A stretch of 32,518 nucleotides of DNA from a virus (lineage: Duplodnaviria; Caudoviricetes), in the IMG/VR virus record IMGVR_UViG_3300042392_001542, positions 1 to 32,518 of that record. One strand, 5' to 3'. The translations under genes were made by a program, and so were the position numbers. Positions 1-7,474 of this stretch are shown piece by piece. Below the pieces are notes generated by a model. It had not been told where the DNA came from, did no database searches, and was given only the letters and a program-made list of their open reading frames with translations. Each line of letters starts with the position of its first letter. Position 1 is the stretch's first letter.

Positions 1-1
1 A

Positions 2-208
2 GATGGATTTAATGAAGTATCTATAACGGATGCTAACGGTATGTTTGAGTTAGTTGAATTAGCTCAAGAAGATGTTGAACCAAAGAGTCGTAATATTACT
101 CAATGGCAAAGCTCAAAATATACTTATATTAACTACGGCCATGCAACGGACTTCTTCCGCTACATTGCAGTAGACTTACAAACACTTAAAGAAAAGGAGG
201 AGGACTAA
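2..208 (+). CDS. hypothetical protein, 5'-truncated by the window edge
   Basis: Open frame from position 2 (DGFNEVSITD...KEKEED) to TAA 206-208; its end contains the GGAGG RBS of the next gene. Confidence 0.7.
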   Translation, partial: DGFNEVSITDANGMFELVELAQEDVEPKSRNITQWQSSKYTYINYGHATDFFRYIAVDLQTLKEKEED

Positions 209-210
209 CA

Positions 211-408
211 ATGGCAGATTTATTAAAACACACTTTTGTAAAACGAGCTGACAGCGAACAAGAAGCTGACAATTTAATTTACGAACACAAAGCTATGAAT
301 GATGGAGAAGTTAGCTACAAAGTTAACCACAAAGTCAAAAAAACAAAAGGCGAAGTTGTTGAAGAGTGGTGGGAAGTTACCGTTACTCACAATTACACAG
401 CAGGGTAG
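211..408 (+). CDS. hypothetical protein (65 aa)
   Basis: Strong AGGAGG RBS upstream, ATG start, tight packing. Confidence 0.8.
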   Translation: MADLLKHTFVKRADSEQEADNLIYEHKAMNDGEVSYKVNHKVKKTKGEVVEEWWEVTVTHNYTAG

Positions 409-415
409 GGAATAA

Positions 416-856
416 ATGTATGTTGATATACAAAAATATAGGGAACGAAGCCTAATTGAAAATATACAAGACATACAAATAAAAACTATTTTCTTATATC
501 AAGACTCTAAAAATATGCCGGATAGTTTATTAAAAGAATTAACATACTCTCTTAATGATATGTATGCTTATTTATATGATGGTATTGTAAATACCTCAAA
601 CTATGAAAGAACTACAAAAATTTTAGAACATCTAACAAACTATATGAAAGAAAGATTGATAGATACATATAACACTATAGACGATTATAATTTACCTTCA
701 AACATTATTCAATTAAAACATATATGTAATATGGTAGAAGATAAATTATTAGCAAAAAATTCTGAAGGCTTATATGAAAAAGAAATAAGTTTTATCAAAA
801 GCTATAAACTATATTTATTAAATTTAGCTTACTTTTTAAGTGATTTATTAACATAG
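416..856 (+). CDS. hypothetical protein (146 aa)
   Basis: Long ORF in an AT-rich region, followed by a terminator. Confidence 0.75.
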   Translation: MYVDIQKYRERSLIENIQDIQIKTIFLYQDSKNMPDSLLKELTYSLNDMYAYLYDGIVNTSNYERTTKILEHLTNYMKERLIDTYNTIDDYNLPSNIIQLKHICNMVEDKLLAKNSEGLYEKEISFIKSYKLYLLNLAYFLSDLLT

Positions 857-878
857 TAATAAGTGATTAAAAACAATT

Positions 879-903
879 AAAGGAGCCCTAAAAAGCTCCT
901 TTT
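879..903 (+). terminator. intrinsic terminator (possibly bidirectional)
   Basis: AAAGGAGC-N8-GCTCCTTT stem ending in a T run. Confidence 0.65.
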
Positions 904-919
904 AAATTAAGGTGAAAAG

Positions 920-1177
920 GTGAAGGAATTAGAAATACTAAAAAAGCTCCTGCTGAATAGGTGGGGATGGATATCTTGGCTTATTGCTAATGCAATAGTT
1001 AGTGCTCCTTGGTTAATCATGGGCGCAATGTGGATTATCACAGATGAGCATTGGTTTTTAGCAACAGCAACTGGAATATGGACCTTTCAAATGTTACCAA
1101 TACCATTAGAGTCTATTTTAGTATTTATAATTACTGTCTTCTTTTTTACAGTCGTATTTAAGAAAAAAATAGTTTAG
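920..1177 (+). CDS. small Trp-rich membrane protein
   Basis: GTG start after AAGGTG; 2-3 hydrophobic segments and a basic C-terminus. Confidence 0.7.
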   Translation: MKELEILKKLLLNRWGWISWLIANAIVSAPWLIMGAMWIITDEHWFLATATGIWTFQMLPIPLESILVFIITVFFFTVVFKKKIV

Positions 1178-1184
1178 TAAAAAT

Positions 1185-1213
1185 TTGTTTTTTATTTTAC
1201 TTTATGATATAAT
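1185..1213 (+). promoter_or_regulatory. sigma-A/sigma-70 promoter with extended -10
   Basis: TTGTTT(1185-1190)-17 bp-TATAAT(1208-1213), TG at 1205-1206. Confidence 0.75.
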
Positions 1214-1236
1214 TATTGTATAGAGGTAAAATAAAT

Positions 1237-1848
1237 ATGAATATTTTTTACATACACACCGATCCAGTTATCGCCGCACAAGCAATGACTGACAAGCACG
1301 TAGTTAAAATGATTTTAGAGTCCGCACAATTATTATCAACAGCACACCGTGCATTAGATGGTAAAGAGTTTATTCAATTATCAAAGTCTGGTGCTCGTCT
1401 TAAAAAGTGGAATCATCCAGATCCATATATGGACGCTACTTTATACAAATCTACACACTTAAATCACCCTTCTGGTATTTGGGTGCGGCAGTCGGTAGAT
1501 AACTATATGTGGTTATATCAACATTTTATAGCTTTATCAGAAGAATACTATCAACGTTATGGCAAACGCCACGCTAGTGAATTATTGCTATCAGGATTAC
1601 TTTCAAATCCTCCTAAAAATATTCCGCACATCGGACCAACACCTATGTTAGTTGCAATCACAGATACTCAATGGCACGTACCAAATAATCCATTACAATC
1701 CTACCGCAACTATTATGTTGGAGAAAAATTAAAAACACCCAAAGATACAGATAGATACTATAAAGTATTGGGTTTAAAGGAGGCGCAATATGAAAGTAAA
1801 GTTAGCAACATACCACAAGTACGTGAATTACTGGAACAATTATACTGA
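1237..1848 (+). CDS. pyrimidine dimer DNA glycosylase / T4 endonuclease V-like (Pyr_excise family) protein
   Basis: N-terminus MNIFY...DKHVVKMILESAQLLSTAH plus the YKSTHLNHPSGIW motif typical of this family; ATG 1237 chosen because of the GAGG RBS. Confidence 0.7.
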   Translation: MNIFYIHTDPVIAAQAMTDKHVVKMILESAQLLSTAHRALDGKEFIQLSKSGARLKKWNHPDPYMDATLYKSTHLNHPSGIWVRQSVDNYMWLYQHFIALSEEYYQRYGKRHASELLLSGLLSNPPKNIPHIGPTPMLVAITDTQWHVPNNPLQSYRNYYVGEKLKTPKDTDRYYKVLGLKEAQYESKVSNIPQVRELLEQLY

Positions 1849-2038
1849 TGAAATAAATTTAAGTATGATTAACGCTATCCAAAAAGCCGCAACTTGGGCT
1901 TGGGTAGGTATTTCCAAAGCAACAAAGTTATACGCCTTATATATGATAGACGGCGAAAAAATTTACACAGATTATGCGGGCTTTAGAAAATTGCTAAAGA
2001 CAGGAAGAGAAGCCGGAGTTGATTTAAATGTCCTATAA
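1790..2038 (+). CDS. hypothetical protein (82 aa)
   Basis: AAGGAGG RBS; overlaps the end of the upstream gene. Confidence 0.75.
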   Translation: MKVKLATYHKYVNYWNNYTDEINLSMINAIQKAATWAWVGISKATKLYALYMIDGEKIYTDYAGFRKLLKTGREAGVDLNVL

Positions 2039-2480
2039 TTTAGATGTTGATAAAGTATTTGCCTACACAATAGCATCTGTTAAAGACATAGGTGATGTTA
2101 TTAAAGAATTGATGATACAAGAAAATTACCACCTAGCTCTTGATTTCTTACAAGAAGAAAAGAGTGCGCTTAAAGAAGCTCTTGGTATATTAGCAAAAAT
2201 TAAAGATGATAAATATCAAACAACATTTAATGATATGATACCAAAAAAATTAAAAGATATTGAGTTTGCAATTAAGTACTGTAATAGTCAGCTTATTGAT
2301 GGAAAATATAAATTACTAAATCAAGATGAAGAATACAAATACAATAGAAAGAAAAAAGAACTTAAGATTAAAAACTTAAAAAAATTAAAAGTTATAGCTA
2401 TGAATACAAATCAATGGGACTTCTCAGATTATATTGACGCGCAAATAAAAAAGGAAGAAGTTAAGCTTTATCAGGCTTAA
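2028..2480 (+). CDS. hypothetical protein (150 aa)
   Basis: GGAG RBS, translational overlap with the previous ORF. Confidence 0.75.
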   Translation: MSYNLDVDKVFAYTIASVKDIGDVIKELMIQENYHLALDFLQEEKSALKEALGILAKIKDDKYQTTFNDMIPKKLKDIEFAIKYCNSQLIDGKYKLLNQDEEYKYNRKKKELKIKNLKKLKVIAMNTNQWDFSDYIDAQIKKEEVKLYQA

Positions 2481-2489
2481 GGGTGTTTT

Positions 2490-2720
2490 ATGAGATTAAC
2501 TGTTGATACTTATTATTGGAATGAATACGATGAGCAATGGTATTATGGTGGAGAGCTGGAACTAGCTACCAGAGAAATAAGATATATAGATTTTGATATG
2601 GAAGGAAAATCCAGATTTGGAAGATTGGTTGAATTAAATTTAAACTCACTTAGAGATTATAAAGTTTATTATATAAAAAGAGAAGATGGAGTTTATTTAC
2701 ATAATAATTTTTTAGTTTAA
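2490..2720 (+). CDS. hypothetical protein (76 aa)
   Basis: ORF filling the space up to the tmRNA gene. Confidence 0.7.
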   Translation: MRLTVDTYYWNEYDEQWYYGGELELATREIRYIDFDMEGKSRFGRLVELNLNSLRDYKVYYIKREDGVYLHNNFLV

Positions 2721-2721
2721 T

Positions 2722-3084
2722 GGGGTCGTAATGGTCTCGACGGGTAGTGATTAGTAGAAATGCATGCGGCGTGGTGCCTTAAAGCCAAAACAAGATAACT
2801 GACAACAGTTACATTCCTGCATATACGCCTTCAATGGCATATGCATTAGCTTAATTTAGAAGGAGCTATCTGGGCGAGTCCTCTCTGGTGGGACAAACCC
2901 TGAAAAGAAAGCCAGATATGAGAGTGCGGCTGAACTAGTCACGCTTAAAGAATAATAAGTTTGCTCATACTTTAATTTTGACTTTTTATTCAAAGTATGA
3001 TAAGATAATATAAGAAGCTAAGCATGTAGATGTTTTTATGGGATAGCTATTCGGACAGGGGTTCAATTCCCCTCGACTCCACCA
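2722..3084 (+). ncRNA. ssrA: transfer-messenger RNA (one-piece)
   Basis: 5' GGGGTCG pairs with 3' CGACTCC-ACCA including the G3:U alanine identity pair; T-arm AGGGG-TTCAATT-CCCCT; ATAACT|GAC resume context; tag reading frame 2801-2854 = (A)DNSYIPAYTPSMAYALA*. Confidence 0.95.
2978..3006 (+). promoter_or_regulatory. putative sigma-A promoter inside the tmRNA gene
   Basis: TTGACT(2978-2983)-17 bp-TAAGAT(3001-3006) with TG at 2998-2999, same architecture as the other promoters. Confidence 0.5.
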
Positions 3085-3125
3085 TATTAAATTAGTGCGG
3101 ATAAAACCGCGGAGGAAAAGTAAAG

Positions 3126-3374
3126 ATGAAAGCATTTGGATTATTTTTTACAGGTTTATTATTCACCGCGTTATTTACTGCGTTGCATATGAATTTATTA
3201 AATGATTTAATTCTTCAGTTACCCGATGTTGGTATTCCAGGAACAATATTAGTTCAAGAACTATTAAGGGATTGGATCGCAGAAGGTAATAGCATAACGG
3301 CACAGTTTATTAGTTTAGCCGCAATGCTCGTAGGATTATTCTCAATCAGAATAAAGAAAGAACAACAGTTCTAA
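3126..3374 (+). CDS. small 2-TM membrane protein
   Basis: GGAGG RBS; hydrophobic N- and C-terminal helices. Confidence 0.8.
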   Translation: MKAFGLFFTGLLFTALFTALHMNLLNDLILQLPDVGIPGTILVQELLRDWIAEGNSITAQFISLAAMLVGLFSIRIKKEQQF

Positions 3375-3385
3375 GGAGGACGGTT

Positions 3386-3661
3386 ATGGAAGAAAACAAA
3401 GTGGTGGTTGCACCAAAGAAAGAAAAAAAAGTTCCTACTAAAAAAGTAGCTAAAAATAAAGTAAAACCTACTATTCAAACAAACTTCGCAAGAGGATTTT
3501 TTGTTACAGGGTTACTAGGTATTGTATTTTTTAGCTTAGTACAAGCTGGTATTTTTACAACATTTTTAGGTAGTAACATTGATGAGTTTCTTTTAAACAC
3601 AGAGTTGCAAATTGCAATTACTATGTTTTTAGTAGGAGCTTTTTCATTTACTAAAAAATAA
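3386..3661 (+). CDS. small 2-TM membrane protein with Lys-rich N-terminus, probable paralogue of 3126-3374
   Basis: AAGGAGG RBS; shared FxTGLL and LVGxFSxxxK motifs. Confidence 0.8.
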   Translation: MEENKVVVAPKKEKKVPTKKVAKNKVKPTIQTNFARGFFVTGLLGIVFFSLVQAGIFTTFLGSNIDEFLLNTELQIAITMFLVGAFSFTKK

Positions 3662-3675
3662 AAGGAGGTCTAATT

Positions 3676-3984
3676 ATGGACTTAAAAAAACAAGACGAAG
3701 TAATTAAACTTAAAGAAGGTCAAAAAGTATTTGTTCCTAAAACAACATTTGCTTTTGATACAGAACTAATTGAAGTATTTAATGTATTTCAAGATGACGG
3801 AAGTGAGGCTGTCTTATTAGTAGATAAGAACGGTCACATTATTATGCGCGCAAGAGGAATGGTATTTGGTGATATTGAAATCGCCAAACAATACTATCTC
3901 AACTGGTTGCAAGTAATGCATGATAAGTTAGCGGATAGCTGGAAACCCGCCGAAGCACCAGCACCAACCACTGAAATTAAATAG
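3676..3984 (+). CDS. hypothetical protein (102 aa)
   Basis: AAGGAGGT RBS. Confidence 0.8.
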   Translation: MDLKKQDEVIKLKEGQKVFVPKTTFAFDTELIEVFNVFQDDGSEAVLLVDKNGHIIMRARGMVFGDIEIAKQYYLNWLQVMHDKLADSWKPAEAPAPTTEIK

Positions 3985-3996
3985 TGGTTCCAAAAT

Positions 3997-4025
3997 TTGT
4001 ATTTCGAATACGTATATGTTATAAT
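3997..4025 (+). promoter_or_regulatory. sigma-A promoter with extended -10, flanked by an inverted repeat
   Basis: TTGTAT(3997-4002)-17 bp-TATAAT(4020-4025), TG at 4017-4018; ATACGTATA/TATACGTAT at 4008-4016 and 4025-4033. Confidence 0.8.
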
Positions 4026-4031
4026 ATACGT

Positions 4032-4228
4032 ATAAGAAATGATTCTGGTGCGAAGACTCAAGGCGTAAGCCTATTAGTCATAAGAGTTTGAGTTCTCTCG
4101 ATAGAAGAGACAAACACGGAAAGCACTTAAGAGAAACCGCCAGAGATGGTTCCTACTGACATGGCTTTAGGAGCTATTAAAACGAGAGTCGTAAAGTCGT
4201 CCTCGAGGGTTAAAGTCCCTTCTTTTTT
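4032..4228 (+). ncRNA. unidentified structured ncRNA or cis-regulatory leader (~195 nt)
   Basis: Non-coding, GC-elevated, lies between a promoter and a terminator; nested stems 4044-4050/4138-4144, 4061-4072 (GUAA tetraloop), 4086-4115, 4146-4155/4168-4177. Confidence 0.65.
4205..4228 (+). terminator. intrinsic terminator
   Basis: GAGGG-TTAAAGT-CCCTT followed by CTTTTTT; same design as the terminator at 5991-6016. Confidence 0.65.
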
Positions 4229-4243
4229 ATAAAGAGGTATTGT

Positions 4244-4810
4244 ATGCTATTAATATTATGCGGCAAGACTGCCAGTGGTAAGAATACATATAGAGAAGTT
4301 TTAATGCAAAGAAATCCTTCTTGGCATAGAGCTGTCTCTCACACAACAAGACCAATGAGAAATGGTGAAAAAAATCACCTCCAGTATCATTTTCTTGAAA
4401 CTGTTTCATTTATTACAATGGCGATACAAAACTTCTTTATCGAAACAACAGATTACAGATTATCTGACTATACAGATGATAAATGGTATTACGGATTAAC
4501 CAAGTCTGAAGTTGATAATGATAAAATAAACTTAGCAATATTAAATCAAGATGGTGCAAAAAATGCTATTAAACATCTTGGCAAAAATAAAGTTAAGGTT
4601 ATTTACCTTCACAGTGATAGCGAAGAACTTCGCCGCAGAGGTCACAAAAGACTAGATGACCCAATTAGATTTGAAATGCGGCTAAGAGATGATGAGATAC
4701 AATTTGAAGATATAGAAAAAATAGCGGATTTAGTTCTTAAAACAGATTGCTCAAATGAGCAGCATGAGCTTAATTACCGCACAATAGAGAAACTATTGGA
4801 GGAAAATTAA
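4244..4810 (+). CDS. gmk: guanylate kinase-like nucleoside monophosphate kinase
   Basis: P-loop GKTASGKNT, signature VSHTTRPMRNGE, YHF and YYG motifs. Confidence 0.88.
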   Translation: MLLILCGKTASGKNTYREVLMQRNPSWHRAVSHTTRPMRNGEKNHLQYHFLETVSFITMAIQNFFIETTDYRLSDYTDDKWYYGLTKSEVDNDKINLAILNQDGAKNAIKHLGKNKVKVIYLHSDSEELRRRGHKRLDDPIRFEMRLRDDEIQFEDIEKIADLVLKTDCSNEQHELNYRTIEKLLEEN

Positions 4811-5163
4811 TGTTAAATTTTTTAAAGCAAAAATGGCTATTGATACTTTTATTAATTGGTGTTGTAGTTGGAACAGTTCTTGTAATAACATATCTTGAAC
4901 AAATTGAATTATTTATTAAACAAAACTGGTACGCATTTGCGTTTATGGTTATACCTGCATATTCAGCAGGTGTATTTACAAATTCATTTGTAATAAGAGC
5001 AATTATCACAAGTGCTAGAAAAACTGGTAAAGATAGTTTAGGTGTTAACTTCGGTGAATTAGCCGCAATTGATATAACAGACAAAACAAGAGACAGTTTA
5101 TGGTTCCATGCTATTGTTTTTATTCTATCCGCCGCCGCGATTACATTAATATTTGTTCTATAG
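4810..5163 (+). CDS. 3-TM membrane protein
   Basis: GGAGG RBS, TAATG coupling, three hydrophobic stretches. Confidence 0.78.
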   Translation: MLNFLKQKWLLILLLIGVVVGTVLVITYLEQIELFIKQNWYAFAFMVIPAYSAGVFTNSFVIRAIITSARKTGKDSLGVNFGELAAIDITDKTRDSLWFHAIVFILSAAAITLIFVL

Positions 5164-5176
5164 GAGGACACAATAA

Positions 5177-5437
5177 ATGCCAAGACGATATGATAAAACA
5201 GACTTAAGAGCAGAAGTTCAAATGGCTAAGATGAGTACAGATAAACTTCGTAAAGAATTAAATCTTAGAAAGCCATATGTTCAAGTTGCAGGGTGGTCAC
5301 AACCTTATGAAGTATTGGTAGCAAAATCAAAACCAGTAGTTATAAAAGTTGAAGAACCAAAACCAGCTAAAGCAGGAAGTCCAGCACCTTATAAACCTAA
5401 GCAGCAATTTAAGCCCGCATTTAAGAAGGCTTTCTAG
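5177..5437 (+). CDS. small basic hypothetical protein
   Basis: AGGAGG RBS; Lys/Pro-rich tail. Confidence 0.78.
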   Translation: MPRRYDKTDLRAEVQMAKMSTDKLRKELNLRKPYVQVAGWSQPYEVLVAKSKPVVIKVEEPKPAKAGSPAPYKPKQQFKPAFKKAF

Positions 5438-5440
5438 CTT

Positions 5441-6001
5441 ATGTTGATGTATTTAAAAAACATCAAACAACCTTATGTTTTAGTTGCTGACATAGAATAT
5501 GATAAAGACAATGTGCTTCAATGTGCAGGTCTCATATTTAAATTAGTAGACGAAAAAAATTACATATATCAGTTGGCAGTAAATTTCAACTGGTACATTA
5601 AAGTGCCGAGTGTAGACAAGTATGCGGTCAAGTATACTGGTCTTACAACAGAGTTCTTAAATGAGAATGGAATTAGCAAGGAAGAGTTTATAAAAACTTT
5701 CACGCAATTAATCTCAAACTATAATCCCGAAGATATGTTATTCGTATCTCATGGGGCGCAGAACGATCGATTAGTCTTGAAAAAATTTGGAGTAAACACA
5801 TTACCTCTCCATTCTTATTGTACATATAAGAATGCGCGCCGTATTTTAAACAGGGAAAGTATATTAACACTAGCGAATGTCGCTGAGGAGGCTGGTTATA
5901 AATTATTCGATGAGCACGATGCTCATTCTGATGCTATAGCTACCGCAGTTATATTTTCATTCCTGCAAAAAATCGAGAATAGCGAAAAACAAGAGGGGTA
6001 A
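5441..6001 (+). CDS. DEDDh 3'-5' exonuclease (DnaQ/RNase T superfamily)
   Basis: ExoI DIE, ExoII SHGAQND, ExoIII HDAHSD; the start may be the ATG at 5447. Confidence 0.8.
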   Translation: MLMYLKNIKQPYVLVADIEYDKDNVLQCAGLIFKLVDEKNYIYQLAVNFNWYIKVPSVDKYAVKYTGLTTEFLNENGISKEEFIKTFTQLISNYNPEDMLFVSHGAQNDRLVLKKFGVNTLPLHSYCTYKNARRILNRESILTLANVAEEAGYKLFDEHDAHSDAIATAVIFSFLQKIENSEKQEG

Positions 6002-6016
6002 ACACCCTTCTTTTTT
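5991..6016 (+). terminator. intrinsic terminator
   Basis: GAGGGGT-AAAC-ACCCTTC followed by TTTTTT. Confidence 0.8.
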
Positions 6017-6029
6017 ATTCTCCAAAGAT

Positions 6030-6058
6030 TTGAGTTTTGTTAAAAGTTATGTTACAAT
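6030..6058 (+). promoter_or_regulatory. sigma-A promoter with extended -10
   Basis: TTGAGT(6030-6035)-17 bp-TACAAT(6053-6058), TG at 6050-6051. Confidence 0.75.
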
Positions 6059-6089
6059 TATATTATAGAAAAAACAAGTGAGGTGCTAT

Positions 6090-6548
6090 ATGCGCATAAT
6101 TGATTTTAAGAATTTGAAGATGACAACAGAAACAGAGTATACAAAAGTTATATTTAATTTTGAACTAGCAGATAAATTAGATATGAGTATATTTGATTTT
6201 ACAAAATTAATTAATGAAGATATGCGGGCAAAAATAGTTGCAGCAAACTTATCTGATTATAAAGACCATAACGTTGTATTTGAATTTAAAACAGATTTAA
6301 AAAATATGGATTTAGATCCTATGATTCCGCCACTCTTAACAGCATTTGTTTTAAATCTAAAGCTAGATAAAACAGTGTTTAAACATGGTGAAAAAATACT
6401 TGCAGTGCCTAGACAGTTAAGTATTGATAAAGGGTTTTTAATGGATGCAAATGCTTTAGATTTAGTTAACTATAATTTACCTGTTGAAAAGTTTAATATA
6501 GTTTTCTTTAATGTAAAAGATAAAGCAATTCTAAGCATTATTGCCTAA
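6090..6548 (+). CDS. hypothetical protein
   Basis: ATG at 6090 follows a GAGGTG RBS (the ORF track starts at GTG 6078). Confidence 0.75.
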   Translation: MRIIDFKNLKMTTETEYTKVIFNFELADKLDMSIFDFTKLINEDMRAKIVAANLSDYKDHNVVFEFKTDLKNMDLDPMIPPLLTAFVLNLKLDKTVFKHGEKILAVPRQLSIDKGFLMDANALDLVNYNLPVEKFNIVFFNVKDKAILSIIA

Positions 6549-7053
6549 TATGAATTCTATTGAAATATACACAGACGGCGCTTGCAGTCAAGGAGCTTTT
6601 ATGCCTTGGCCCGGAGGATATGCTGTAGTAGCAATTCTCTCTGACAGGGAACCAATCTTTATTGACGGCAATAAAATGCATACGACAAATAACGAAATGG
6701 AATTGACGGCTTTTTTAAAAGCTTTAGAGTTAGTAGATTTTCAATCTTTTATGAAAGAGTATGAATTCGTTAACATATATACAGACAGTTCTTATATACA
6801 TAATTGCTTTGAGCAAAAATGGTATGAGAAATGGATAGCTAATAACTGGATAGCCTCAACTAAAGAGCCAGTAAAAAATAAAGAGCTATGGGTTAAAATA
6901 CTAGACCTATATAAAAAAGTTAAAGTCCAAACTAAATTAACTATATTAAAAGTATCAGCTCATAAAGATAATGAGTATAATAATCTTGCCGACGAACTGG
7001 CAGTGAAAGCAAAAGAGAGGGTTGAAAATGAAAACTATAGTAGTATTAGATAA
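6541..7053 (+). CDS. rnhA: ribonuclease HI
   Basis: IYTDGAC, TNNEMEL, TDSSY, VKNKELW, SAH...NNLADELA motifs; start is TTG 6541 or ATG 6550. Confidence 0.93.
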   Translation: MPNMNSIEIYTDGACSQGAFMPWPGGYAVVAILSDREPIFIDGNKMHTTNNEMELTAFLKALELVDFQSFMKEYEFVNIYTDSSYIHNCFEQKWYEKWIANNWIASTKEPVKNKELWVKILDLYKKVKVQTKLTILKVSAHKDNEYNNLADELAVKAKERVENENYSSIR

Positions 7054-7474
7054 CATTTTTTCAGCCGATATGGTTAAGGATTTTGACTTCTTAAAAAAGA
7101 ACTTAGACATGAAAAAATATAACGTCATCTCTCCACTTATGTTTATGCTAAAAGATGGCAAATACAACTTAGAAAACTTTACAGTAAGACTTATCGCGAG
7201 TTCAATTTCATTAGGCAATATGTATAATGAGTTTGGAACCATTAAGTCAATTACAGACCAAAACAAAACAACTATTTACTTTGGAATGTCACACACTAAT
7301 GTTAAGGCAAATGAAATTTATGTGATAAATAAAATAGCACTAGATGCGCAAGAAGCTTTATTAGATAGTTATTTAAAAGAATCTAAAGTAACGTTTAATT
7401 ATATTAAATCAAATCAAGCTAAAAAAGATTTTACAGATGTAAAACAGCTTGTGGAGTTCCTGAATGCTTTATAA
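7028..7474 (+). CDS. hypothetical protein
   Basis: ATG at 7028 after GAGG; overlaps both neighbours. Confidence 0.7.
   Translation: MKTIVVLDNIFSADMVKDFDFLKKNLDMKKYNVISPLMFMLKDGKYNLENFTVRLIASSISLGNMYNEFGTIKSITDQNKTTIYFGMSHTNVKANEIYVINKIALDAQEALLDSYLKESKVTFNYIKSNQAKKDFTDVKQLVEFLNAL

Noticed and set aside
888-951. Short near-repeat CTAAAAAGCTCCT in the terminator and again early in the next gene
   Set aside because: About 13 nt, A-rich, and explained by coding sequence (LKKLL); not enough to claim antitermination
4205-4221. tRNA T-arm-like GAGGG-TTAAAGT-CCCTT suggesting a tRNA gene
   Set aside because: No cloverleaf, TTC or CCA; it is followed by a T run and resembles the terminator at 5991-6016
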